From positions 9,543 to 73,542 of the forward strand of contig JAIOYV010000008.1 in the NCBI GenBank assembly GCA_021740905.1: 64,000 bases of DNA, given 5' to 3'. Position numbers and translations under genes: made by a program. Shown piece by piece: positions 48,269 to 57,961 of this stretch. This DNA is from Bacteroidales bacterium (GTDB lineage: Bacteria; Bacteroidota; Bacteroidia; Bacteroidales; M50B96). Every line of letters starts with the position of its first letter. The first letter of the stretch is position 1. The notes beneath the pieces are model-generated. The model ran no database searches, was not told where the DNA came from, and saw only the letters and a list, made by a program, of their open reading frames with translations.

Positions 48269-49909
48269 ATGGAATTACATGATATTATTAGGTTGAGAAA
48301 GCACCATAATTTATTATGGTGGTTAATATCATTATGGTGGTTGAGGCAACACCATAATTTATTATGGTGGATTATGATACCCGCTATAGCTATGGCCTCC
48401 TGCGCAACTCCACACTATCCCGAAAACGTGCAGAAAACACTCGACATAGCCGGTGAAAACAGGAAGGAGCTCGAAAAAACCCTAATACATTACAGCCAGG
48501 AAAAAGACAGTCTCAAATATCAGGCGACCTGTTTCCTGATCGGCAATATGGGCAGTAAACATAGCTACCTAACTTTCGATTTGGTGGATAGTACCGATGC
48601 AATAATCCCCTGGGAAGTATTTTTTTTCGAAAACTATTCCGAGCTTCTGGATGCCTGGGACAGCCTGGAAAACAACCGGGGCAAAATCCATTTCAAACGC
48701 GACAAACACATTCCCGACCATGAGGTTATCAACGCCGATTACTTGATCAAAAACATCGACCAGGCTTTTGAAGCGTGGCAGTTTCCCTGGGCAAAGCAAT
48801 TAAGTTTTGATCAATTCTGTGAGTTTGTCTTGCCATATCGTTGCACCAACGAACCCCTCGAAGAATGGCGCGCGTATTTTCTAAAGGAATATGCCTGGCT
48901 GAAAGATTCCATGCAAAACTCAGACGATCCGGTTAGGGCTTGTAGCTTGATCAACAATGAAATCCGGTCGTGGTTTCGTTTCGATGAACGCTTTTACGAA
49001 CATCCCACCGACCAGGGACTGAGCGAGCTGTTAGACAAGAAAATGGGCCGTTGCGAAGACATGACCAACCTGGCCGTCATGGCCATGCGAGCCTGGGGCA
49101 TCCCGGTGATGAGCGACTACACGCCTTATTGGGCCAATACCGGGAACAACCATGCATGGAATGCCCTGTTGGACAAAAACGGGAACACCCTTATTTTTAT
49201 GGGTGGAGAAGCAAACCCCCTCGAATATAAATTGAAAAACATCAAAGCCAAAGTGCTCCGAAAGACCTTCTCCAAACAGCCCGAAAGCATCATGGAAGTG
49301 AAACAGGAATGGGAAAAAGTGCCGCCATACCTAAACTCGGCTACTCAGATTGATGTAACCAAAGAATACGGGAAAGTGGCTGATGTTAGGGTTCAACTTA
49401 AAGAAGAAAAACCGGACAGTGTTGAATTTGCCTACCTCTGTGTGTTCAATTCCGGCGAATGGAAAGCCATTCATTGGGGGAAAATTGGCGATGGGAATGG
49501 GGTTGTTTTTACAGATATGGGGTTGGGCATTGCTTATCTACCGGCTTATTATAAAAACAACAAAATAATCCCGGCAGGGCCTGCTTTTATTTTGAATATA
49601 AATGGCGATACCGAAGAATTGATTGCCGTGAATAATGCCACCAGCGCACATACATTCTTTACTACGACCAAACGCACCTCAGGGCAAACCACAGAGGATA
49701 TTGGACAAGGCGATTTGGAAAATGGACTGGTTTATCAGCTATTTTTCTGGGACAACAAATGGCAATTGATTAAAGAAGGTGCTGTGAAGAACAATGTTTT
49801 TGTTGCCGATGGCATACCTGCAAACGCATTACTTTGGTTGAAGAAAAAAGATGGCCGCGAAGAAGAACGGATTTTTACTTTGGTTGAAGGCCTGCAGGTT
49901 TGGTGGTAA
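48269..49909 (+). CDS. transglutaminase-like cysteine protease superfamily protein
   Basis: Cys-His core GRCEDMTNLAVMAMRAWGIP...HAWNAL. The start is ambiguous between 48269 and 48374 (MIPAIAMASC). The 48170 start overlapping ribE was rejected. Confidence 0.6.
   Translation: MELHDIIRLRKHHNLLWWLISLWWLRQHHNLLWWIMIPAIAMASCATPHYPENVQKTLDIAGENRKELEKTLIHYSQEKDSLKYQATCFLIGNMGSKHSYLTFDLVDSTDAIIPWEVFFFENYSELLDAWDSLENNRGKIHFKRDKHIPDHEVINADYLIKNIDQAFEAWQFPWAKQLSFDQFCEFVLPYRCTNEPLEEWRAYFLKEYAWLKDSMQNSDDPVRACSLINNEIRSWFRFDERFYEHPTDQGLSELLDKKMGRCEDMTNLAVMAMRAWGIPVMSDYTPYWANTGNNHAWNALLDKNGNTLIFMGGEANPLEYKLKNIKAKVLRKTFSKQPESIMEVKQEWEKVPPYLNSATQIDVTKEYGKVADVRVQLKEEKPDSVEFAYLCVFNSGEWKAIHWGKIGDGNGVVFTDMGLGIAYLPAYYKNNKIIPAGPAFILNINGDTEELIAVNNATSAHTFFTTTKRTSGQTTEDIGQGDLENGLVYQLFFWDNKWQLIKEGAVKNNVFVADGIPANALLWLKKKDGREEERIFTLVEGLQVWW
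48302..48369. promoter_or_regulatory. two perfect 20-bp palindromes CACCATAATTTATTATGGTG (plus a half-site) between ribE and the transglutaminase-like gene
   Basis: Palindromes at 48302-48321 and 48350-48369 and a half-site at 48329-48341. If translated they give an odd HHNLLWW repeat. Confidence 0.45.
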
Positions 49910-50091
49910 AATGTTTTAAAGATGAATTCTATAAAAGATGAATTGAAAATGTCAGCCGATATTTATGCTGAATTATATGATAGGGATGATGACATAAAGT
50001 TTTTGACTGAGGCTGCATTGAATGATATTGATTCAGAAGTTGAGCAAGTAAAGGTAGAAGTATTTGTCAATAAGGAAGAGAGTTAAACCGA

Positions 50092-50379
50092 TTAAACAGC
50101 AACATTAATATGGGTTTCAGGATTTTGATAAAGCGGATGTGTCGAAACTCCCAGAAGCTCATGCAGTTCATATATTTCATCGATGGACAAAAAGGACAAA
50201 AACCTTCCATCAATAATCTCAAAATCTTCTCTTTGCTTAGGGTTTAATTTTTCAATTTGAGGAAATTTATCCAGTGGAACCAGAATGGTTCTGTCATTGC
50301 TTAATTGTAAAAACATAATGCTGTTGCCAATAAAGCTTATGCCTTTAATATTTAGTGTGTTTACGTCCTTCGTTTTCAT
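50092..50379 (-). CDS. DUF2442 family protein
   Basis: 95 aa with a C-terminal ...LSIDEIYELHELLG pattern typical of DUF2442, overlapping the upstream DUF4160 gene by 4 nt. Confidence 0.55.
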   Translation of the reverse strand: MKTKDVNTLNIKGISFIGNSIMFLQLSNDRTILVPLDKFPQIEKLNPKQREDFEIIDGRFLSFLSIDEIYELHELLGVSTHPLYQNPETHINVAV

Positions 50380-50675
50380 AATCTAATAGCTTTTACAGGT
50401 TTCATCTCAAAAAATAATTCCAATTGTCCGAGTAATATTTCTTTATGCTCGATAATAAGTTTTTCGATTTCAATCAATTCCTTTTTTGAAAAATCGCCCT
50501 GTTTATTTTCATCAATTTCAATGACTGGTTCGAGCCAAAACTTACATGTTGTTTTATAACCCTTATGAGCAAAACTTACATGTATATGTTTTCTGTCTTC
50601 TAAAATATCTGATGAAAATATCAGAAAAATATACTTGCTCAAAATAAGTAATTTGCCCATTCTCTTCATTAACAA
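50376..50675 (-). CDS. DUF4160 family protein
   Basis: HIHVSFAHKGYKTTCKFWLEP matches the DUF4160 pattern (HxHV...KFWL), in the standard DUF4160-DUF2442 gene pair. Confidence 0.6.
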   Translation of the reverse strand: MLMKRMGKLLILSKYIFLIFSSDILEDRKHIHVSFAHKGYKTTCKFWLEPVIEIDENKQGDFSKKELIEIEKLIIEHKEILLGQLELFFEMKPVKAIRL

Positions 50676-50853
50676 TTCTATACAAATATACTTTTTTTAA
50701 TAGAATTTGACAACCAAGAAATTTTCCAGGTAAAGACAAGTGAAAGCCTTGAACATTGATCCTTTATGTGTTCATATTTTGGGTTTTTCCAGAACATAGA
50801 AAGAAACTTTGTAGATTTGCAGCCTGATTTGTTTGAGTGAGAGATTTCATATT

Positions 50854-51765
50854 ATGTCGATACAAATAAAGAATATTACAAAATTATATGGGGAGCAGAA
50901 AGCCCTCGATAATGTTTCCTTTGATATTAAAACCGGAGAAATAGTTGGTTTCCTTGGTCCCAATGGGGCCGGAAAATCAACCTTAATGAAAATCATCAAT
51001 GGTTTTATCCCTCCCACTTCCGGGGATGTGTGGGTGAACGAGCTGGATGTGGTGGAAAATCCTATTGAAGTGAAGAAGATAATTGGCTACCTGCCCGAAA
51101 ACAACCCGCTTTATCTGGATATGTACGTGAAAGAATACCTGGCTTTTGTTGCCGGGATTTATAAAATCGGGAAGTCCCGCGATTCAAAAATAAAGGAAGT
51201 GATTGAGCAAACCGGCTTGGGCCCTGAGCAACACAAAAAAATCGGAGCCCTGTCCAAAGGCTACCGGCAGCGGGTTGGGTTGGCCCAGGCATTGATCCAC
51301 GATCCGGCTGTCCTGATTTTAGACGAACCCACTTCCGGCCTTGACCCCAACCAGATTGTAGAAATCCGCAACCTCATCTCAACCGTGGGCAAGCAAAAAA
51401 CGGTGATGCTTTCCACGCATATCATGCGGGAAGTAGAGGCCATCTGCGACCGCGTGGTCATCATCAACAAAGGAAAGATTGTGGCTGATGATACGGCCAA
51501 AGAAATTTCGTCTTCAACCAGCGAAAGGTTCCAGACCATCCAGGTGGAGTTCAACAAGGAAGTCCAGAAAAGCGACCTGGGCAAGATTGAAGGGGTGACA
51601 AAAGTGGCTCATTTCAAAGACAACATCTGGCTGTTACAAGCCCGGCCGCAGGATGATATCCGCCCACGTATTTTCAACTTTGCTGTAAAACACAACTTTC
51701 AGGTACTGTCGATGCAAAAACAGGAGCTTAACCTGGAGAAGGTATTCCAGGAACTGACGAAGTAA
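50854..51765 (+). CDS. ABC transporter ATP-binding protein (GldA-like)
   Basis: Walker A GPNGAGKST, signature LSKGYRQR, Walker B ILDEPTSGLD. Start placed at MSIQIKNITK. Confidence 0.8.
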   Translation: MSIQIKNITKLYGEQKALDNVSFDIKTGEIVGFLGPNGAGKSTLMKIINGFIPPTSGDVWVNELDVVENPIEVKKIIGYLPENNPLYLDMYVKEYLAFVAGIYKIGKSRDSKIKEVIEQTGLGPEQHKKIGALSKGYRQRVGLAQALIHDPAVLILDEPTSGLDPNQIVEIRNLISTVGKQKTVMLSTHIMREVEAICDRVVIINKGKIVADDTAKEISSSTSERFQTIQVEFNKEVQKSDLGKIEGVTKVAHFKDNIWLLQARPQDDIRPRIFNFAVKHNFQVLSMQKQELNLEKVFQELTK

Positions 51766-51939
51766 TATTTGAAACAGGATCAGTAGCCCTATGGCTTTAG
51801 CCCGGGGATTTTGGGTGACTTGAAGCCTGGACTTTAGTCCAACATCCTGAAGTTGGCTTAAAAGCCTTTCACAATATGCGTTTCTTCAACCCCGATCAAA
51901 AGATACGGGACTACTGAAGAAACTGGCATTTTCTCAAAA

Positions 51940-54747
51940 CTATAGCTTCACAAGCCTCAAATTCTGCATACGCCCATCATTCGAAATCCTGCAAAAATAG
52001 ATGCCCGGTGTGGCTTCTGACCCATTCCAGGGGATAGTCCTATATCTTTCTCCATGGGTTGAAGTTTCTTGTTGCCAAACCCTTTGGCCTGCAAAATTGA
52101 AAATCTCCACATTCAATTTACCAGGCTTCATCCCACCTATCAAAATTGTGAAATCTCCATTCGATGGATTGGGGTAAACCATGCCCTGCAGTTCTTTGCT
52201 GTTTTCAATTTCTTCGATACCAATAAACTCAAGAACCGGTTGGGGCAACTTAACATCTGTATAAAATTTATATTCTCCAGCAACCAGGTTGATGTTTGCA
52301 TTTACATCACTCACATTGATTGAATCACCTGTCCAGTACTCATACCACCATCCGGTATGTTGGAATTTTGGACTAACTACACCAGCATTGACATCGAAAT
52401 TTCCAATGATAGTGACATTCATGGATGGATCGGTTAAATTGATCCTTTTAAAATTGCTGGTTAACGAATACAAAAAATCAGTGGAACTAAAAACCGGATA
52501 TGTTTTTTTCAGATGGATAAGCGCCTTGTAAACGTGGAAAAGATGATTCCTGTCGGGGATATCAAAATATTCCCAATGTGTAGGTTTTTCGCCTGTACGT
52601 CCATTGAAATCAATGCTGATATCGTATCCCAGCTCGCCAAACTGCCAGATCATTTTAGGACCGGGAATAGGAAAAAAGAAGTTGGCAGCCAAAGCCATCC
52701 TATCTAAAGCCGTGGCTAAAACTTTCGTGCTATAGTATCCACTGGATGCACCATATTCAATATTTTTATACATCAAACGCTCTTCGTCGTGGCTTTCCAT
52801 ATAGGTAACAAGATGCGGTGAATTCCATCCCCTATTTGCATAATAACCCCACGAAAAATTGCTGGGATATCCCATTGCAGCTTCCTGATAATCATAGGTC
52901 ATATTGCCCCACAACATACACCCGTAGTTGGCTAGTTCTTTTTCTTCGGTATTATCGGTCCAGTGTTCCAAAATTACATACGCATCGGGGTTTACATCCC
53001 AAATTGCATCCGACATACGTTTAACAATAGCTATGCGTGAAGCATCGTAATTCCAACCTTCACCAATTGTATTGGTCAATCCTTTGGTAAAATCGAATCG
53101 GAAACCATCGATATTATACTCTTCAAGCCAAAATTTATTTGCACGGTCGACAAATTGCTGAGTGTACACACTTTCGTGATTCCAGTCGTGAAACCAACAC
53201 CAGGGTTCATGAGGGCAGGTGGCATTGAACCAGGGATTATTCGTGGCGACTTCATTATTTGCTACATCCCAATAAAGTCGTGCCATTGGGTTTACGTCTT
53301 GGGCATGATTCCATACTACATCTAAAATTACGGCCATTCCGCTTATATGGCATGAGTCGATCAATTCTTTCAATTTGTTTTTAGGCCCATAATATTTATC
53401 GGGTGCAAAATAGAAACTTGGGTTATAGCCCCAGCTTGAGTTCCCACCAAACTCCATCACCGGCATAAGCTCAATAGCGTTTACACCAAGGTATTTCAGA
53501 TAGGTCAAAGAATCTATAAGTGTTTGATAATTGCTCTCGTCGGTAAAATCGCGAATCAATAATTCATAAATAACAAGATCGCCTTTCTCGGGAGGGGTGA
53601 AGTTAATATAGTTCCAGCTATACTCATCTTGAGCCGTTTGAAAAACTGAAGCTATTCCAAAAGATGGGTCGGTTGGATATTCGATTAAATCGGGGTAGGA
53701 ACTTTCTGGAATCCATTTATCATCCCATGGATCGCTAACTTTTTCGGTATATGGATCTCCTGTAAGAATTTCGTCATCAATAAGATACTGGAAAACATAT
53801 TCTTTGCCTGGTATTACACTATCAATTTCGATCCAATAGATATCGCCCGCAGTATTTCGCTTCATTAGGTATTCTTCTTCGAGTTCCCAATTTGAGAAAT
53901 CGCCTCCTGCAAATACAAACTCCTTGTTAGGGGCATGCAGGCAGAGAACTACAGTTTCGTCATCGATATAGTTGATCCCGTATTCTATCCCGGCGGGAGG
54001 ATTTTCGGTAACAACCGGTGGGACCACAAAATAATAGGTTGAATCGTAGTCCACTTCCGTGACATTCCAGGCTTTTGCTACCAACCAGGTTTTCCCGGTA
54101 GCATCCACAGTGACTGTCGATTGTAATTGAGTCCCACTCACTTTCGATACGAGGGTATTGCCTTTGTACAAAGCCACTGAATCGGAAAGCGAAGCTTCAA
54201 TTTGAACGTTGATCTGATCAGACATGTCTACGATATAGTGAGACTGATCGGGCGTTATAAAAGAAACATTAAGGCCTTCATCATACACATTAACAAATAT
54301 ATCACCGCCTGAATCGGTTTTTCCTTCCAGCCAGTTTCCTCCAACTTGTACACCACTGCGGAAAACAAAAGCCATCTGCAAAATGGTTTCTCCGGCAGGT
54401 ACTCCATAGTAACTTCGTATCGTTGGTCCAATTTCAAGGGTGTACATATCGCCTCCAATATTGGTAAGTTTGGTTTCGGGAGTGTTTTGCCCCCAATTGG
54501 TAACTACGTATTTCCAATCACCTGGTCCAGTGCTATTATTGGTAATTACCCCGGTATGGGCGTACACATCACCAGTATAGCCAGCCAATCCGGCACTGCC
54601 AAGAGCAGCATTGAATGTGATAACCACAGATTGATCGTCGGTGGGGAACGGTGGGTCGGAGGCAATAAGTTGGGCCGATAAGCTTCCGCTTATGAATAGA
54701 ATGGCAAAAAATAGTATGATCCCAGAGAGTTTTCCTGATACTTTCAT
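51940..54747 (-). CDS. GH13 alpha-amylase family glycoside hydrolase with T9SS type A sorting domain
   Basis: GH13 regions (GVNAIELMPV, DVVWNHA, GFRFDFTKG) plus a C-terminal Por tail (VYPNPSNGDFTILI...GIYFCRI). Start placed at MKVSGKLSG. Confidence 0.8.
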   Translation of the reverse strand: MKVSGKLSGIILFFAILFISGSLSAQLIASDPPFPTDDQSVVITFNAALGSAGLAGYTGDVYAHTGVITNNSTGPGDWKYVVTNWGQNTPETKLTNIGGDMYTLEIGPTIRSYYGVPAGETILQMAFVFRSGVQVGGNWLEGKTDSGGDIFVNVYDEGLNVSFITPDQSHYIVDMSDQINVQIEASLSDSVALYKGNTLVSKVSGTQLQSTVTVDATGKTWLVAKAWNVTEVDYDSTYYFVVPPVVTENPPAGIEYGINYIDDETVVLCLHAPNKEFVFAGGDFSNWELEEEYLMKRNTAGDIYWIEIDSVIPGKEYVFQYLIDDEILTGDPYTEKVSDPWDDKWIPESSYPDLIEYPTDPSFGIASVFQTAQDEYSWNYINFTPPEKGDLVIYELLIRDFTDESNYQTLIDSLTYLKYLGVNAIELMPVMEFGGNSSWGYNPSFYFAPDKYYGPKNKLKELIDSCHISGMAVILDVVWNHAQDVNPMARLYWDVANNEVATNNPWFNATCPHEPWCWFHDWNHESVYTQQFVDRANKFWLEEYNIDGFRFDFTKGLTNTIGEGWNYDASRIAIVKRMSDAIWDVNPDAYVILEHWTDNTEEKELANYGCMLWGNMTYDYQEAAMGYPSNFSWGYYANRGWNSPHLVTYMESHDEERLMYKNIEYGASSGYYSTKVLATALDRMALAANFFFPIPGPKMIWQFGELGYDISIDFNGRTGEKPTHWEYFDIPDRNHLFHVYKALIHLKKTYPVFSSTDFLYSLTSNFKRINLTDPSMNVTIIGNFDVNAGVVSPKFQHTGWWYEYWTGDSINVSDVNANINLVAGEYKFYTDVKLPQPVLEFIGIEEIENSKELQGMVYPNPSNGDFTILIGGMKPGKLNVEIFNFAGQRVWQQETSTHGERYRTIPWNGSEATPGIYFCRISNDGRMQNLRLVKL

Positions 54748-55151
54748 TTTTAATCGCGTTAATGAGTTTGTAATCCTCACAAAAATACGCAAAAGAAATA
54801 GGAAAAAGCAAGGATTATTTCGCTTCAAGTATTGAATTTGAATAATTTACAACAATGAAACAAGGCTGTTTTGTTCTTTCAAACGTTTGCATGAAATGAT
54901 TTCATGGCACGAAAAAAATTCATATTTTCAGAATATATTTAAGGATTATGCTTGCAGGCTTTGATATGTTCGATTATTTGGTTTATGCAGGCCCCAAATT
55001 CGTTTTTGATCTGATGCTCCCAAAAGCAGAAAGTCCATATCCAAGAAAATAACTGAAAGATTTTACAATTTCATTTGGACCCTATTTTTATTAGGTCTAT
55101 TTTTACAAGCGTCCCTGTTTAAAATTCATTTCATTAATAATATTTTGAATT

Positions 55152-56537
55152 ATGATAATTGAGAATACTCGCCAGTTTTTAAGGGCCAGAGCAGAAGAGT
55201 TTGGAGCTAAAATAGAAAATGAATTTAATAAACCATATGTTGAGCGAAATAAGACCAGAGAAGATGATCTGAATGATAATGGAGCATTTTTTGGATTTAT
55301 TAGTCCTGACGAAGAACCGTCAGGTGCCTATCACGATTTCTCATTTGTTGTTTTTCCAAACAAGGTAAATAAACCATGGGTAGTTGGTTTAATTGTAGGT
55401 ACTCTTGGATTTAAAAATGATTATGAATTAGCTACTTATCCCGGATTAAGAAGATTATTTTCAAGCATTATCGATAAAAATGGATTCTGTAAATCTGACT
55501 TCACTGATATTGAATCAAGTTTACCAAAATCATTTACCAGTATCGAAGATATTCAGCACATTAAGAAAACAGTAAATACCTACTCAAAGTTTACTATAGT
55601 TTGTCAAATTATTAATAACCCTGAGTCTAAATCTGGAAAAAATGTCTTATCTGGGTTTTTAGCAGCCTACGCTAAAATGCGTGATTGGCCCAGTAATAGT
55701 AAACATCGAAGCGCAATATCTGATTCCTTATTAAAATTTACAAATGAAAGAGATGATAATGATTTTGATAAGGTTATACAACTAATTCAGGAACGCAAAT
55801 ACATTATCCTACAAGGGCCTCCTGGAACTGGAAAAACAAGGTTAGCAAAAGAAGTTTCCGATTTGATGGGTGCAAAACAGTTTTTTACGCAATTTCATGC
55901 AGAAACATCATATTCTGACTTCATATACGGCATTAGACCCGATATAAGTAACTCGATTTTATCCTATAAGGGTGTTGATGGAATCTTTTCAGAGGCATTA
56001 GATTATGCCATAAAACATAAAGAAAATACAGTTCTTATTATTGATGAAATCAATCGTGCCAATTTATCCAATGTTTTGGGACCAATTTTCTATCTGTTCG
56101 AGCACAAACAAGACATTTCAAATGTGCAAATAGAAATCTCACCATCTCTTAGTCTTAATAAAATTCCTAATAATTTTTTTGTAATTGCTACTATGAACAC
56201 AGCGGATAGAAGTCTTGCTGTTGTAGATTTTGCTTTACGTAGAAGATTTGCATGGTATACATTGTATCCTAAACCAATATCTATCGAAAAGTTTTATTCT
56301 GAGGATTTTCAAAAGTTCAAAGAAATTTTTGAATGGTATGCAAATTCAAATGAGCTTTCGTTACAACCTGGCCAAGGGTATTTTATTGCCGAATCAGAAG
56401 AAGAAATGCAGAATAGAATAAGGTATGAGTTACTTCCACTTATTAGAGAATATCTCGTTGAAGGATTTTTAAAAAATTCAAAGGAAGAATTTAATACCTA
56501 CTTTATGAACAGGATAAATATGTCTCTTTTTGAATGA
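55152..56537 (+). CDS. McrB-family AAA+ GTPase (type IV restriction, specificity and motor subunit) with unrecognised N-terminal domain
   Basis: Walker A GPPGTGKT, McrB signature IDEINRAN, and NTADRS / ALRRRF motifs. N-terminal region of about 215 aa has no known DNA-binding motif. Confidence 0.75.
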   Translation: MIIENTRQFLRARAEEFGAKIENEFNKPYVERNKTREDDLNDNGAFFGFISPDEEPSGAYHDFSFVVFPNKVNKPWVVGLIVGTLGFKNDYELATYPGLRRLFSSIIDKNGFCKSDFTDIESSLPKSFTSIEDIQHIKKTVNTYSKFTIVCQIINNPESKSGKNVLSGFLAAYAKMRDWPSNSKHRSAISDSLLKFTNERDDNDFDKVIQLIQERKYIILQGPPGTGKTRLAKEVSDLMGAKQFFTQFHAETSYSDFIYGIRPDISNSILSYKGVDGIFSEALDYAIKHKENTVLIIDEINRANLSNVLGPIFYLFEHKQDISNVQIEISPSLSLNKIPNNFFVIATMNTADRSLAVVDFALRRRFAWYTLYPKPISIEKFYSEDFQKFKEIFEWYANSNELSLQPGQGYFIAESEEEMQNRIRYELLPLIREYLVEGFLKNSKEEFNTYFMNRINMSLFE

Positions 56538-57898
56538 GCACTATAAAGGATGTTTTTTATGAAATGCCATGCCTGACAGAAAGTAGTCCAATCATTAATG
56601 GTCAGGTTATTAGACGAAAATGGTTTAAATATGCTGATAAAAGGCATATAGGCCAATATTTGTATAAATTTATTCAGTATAATCATTCAGCACTTAGTTT
56701 TCTTGGTGTTACTCCATCTATTATTGGTAGTGATCAGAATATTGGAATTTCGTTCAGAACAACTGAATTTATAGGGGCAATCCCATTAAGAGCACCTGAT
56801 ACTGGGAAACAAATTGGAGATTTTATAGTATCACCAAGATTTATTGGTAAAGACAGATACACTGACTATATTGAAATATTAAATGTACTTGATGCCGAAA
56901 TAAATCCTTCATTTATTGATAGTCTTCCATTAACATCAGGTCGTAATTATAGACCCCCTGATTATTTAGAGGCAATTAAATTCATTGAAAGTCTTGAAGC
57001 CTTATTAAAAATGAAATGGAATAAATTTGATGTCTCAACAAAATACAGTTCAAATCCATCCGGTCAAATTAAATGGAAACAATACATCGACAATTCATAT
57101 AAAGTTGAACAAACAATTAAATTTCCTACACGAAAAAATATACTACACGAAAAACATATTGAGTATTCACAAATTCGCTATGTATTTGATTTATCTAAAG
57201 ATATTTTAAAGTCAACAAATACTCCACAATCGATTAAACTTACAATCTCAAATCGCCTTGATTCGATTACCGAAAAACTTCATTTTCTTAATCCCATTGA
57301 AACATCAAACATTCAAATTAGGGCATTTGATAATCCGTCAGTTAAGAAATGTAAAGAACATGCGAATAAAATCCTTAATAAATTAGTTTCAGAAAGTACG
57401 GCATGGCGTGTTGATTACTCTGATGTGTTTGAAAAATTAGTTCAACGAGTTTTTATTGAATCAACAAAATTAATAGGAGGCCGGTTGCTCTGCAATCAAA
57501 AAATTAAATCTCAACTAAATAACAAGTATTCTTGGGAGTTAAAATATCTTGAACCCGATGCAATTTTCCAAAAGGGCAACAATATTTTTTACATCGATGC
57601 AAAATATAAGTCTCATTTATTTAATAAGTATGATCAAAGTAGAACATTAAAAGAAGATCATCGGAAAGACTTACATCAAATTATTGCCTATTCCTCTTTC
57701 AATATACTTTTGAACAAAGTTAGCTTCTTATGTTTTCCATCTAATCGAATAGAAATAAAAGATACAACATATATAAATTCATTGAACAATTCAAATATTA
57801 CTATTAAGTTAGTCGGAATCCCAATAAAGAAGGATTATCTGGAAGATGCAGCTAAAATGATTGCTTCTGAAATTAATAATATTGTAAGGACAAATTAA
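56534..57898 (+). CDS. McrC-like nuclease subunit
   Basis: ATGA start/stop overlap with the McrB-like gene. C-terminal PD-(D/E)xK-like motif YIDAKYK, 454 aa. Confidence 0.65.
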   Translation: MSTIKDVFYEMPCLTESSPIINGQVIRRKWFKYADKRHIGQYLYKFIQYNHSALSFLGVTPSIIGSDQNIGISFRTTEFIGAIPLRAPDTGKQIGDFIVSPRFIGKDRYTDYIEILNVLDAEINPSFIDSLPLTSGRNYRPPDYLEAIKFIESLEALLKMKWNKFDVSTKYSSNPSGQIKWKQYIDNSYKVEQTIKFPTRKNILHEKHIEYSQIRYVFDLSKDILKSTNTPQSIKLTISNRLDSITEKLHFLNPIETSNIQIRAFDNPSVKKCKEHANKILNKLVSESTAWRVDYSDVFEKLVQRVFIESTKLIGGRLLCNQKIKSQLNNKYSWELKYLEPDAIFQKGNNIFYIDAKYKSHLFNKYDQSRTLKEDHRKDLHQIIAYSSFNILLNKVSFLCFPSNRIEIKDTTYINSLNNSNITIKLVGIPIKKDYLEDAAKMIASEINNIVRTN

Positions 57899-57901
57899 CA
57901 A

Positions 57902-57933
57902 CAGAGGCGCAAAGAATATACTTTGCGCCTCTG
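57902..57933. terminator. bidirectional rho-independent terminator between mcrC-like and nqrF (convergent)
   Basis: 13-bp perfect stem cagaggcgcaaag / ctttgcgcctctg with a 6-nt loop. Confidence 0.55.
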
Positions 57934-57961
57934 CGGTGATTATAATTAAAACAGTAAAATT

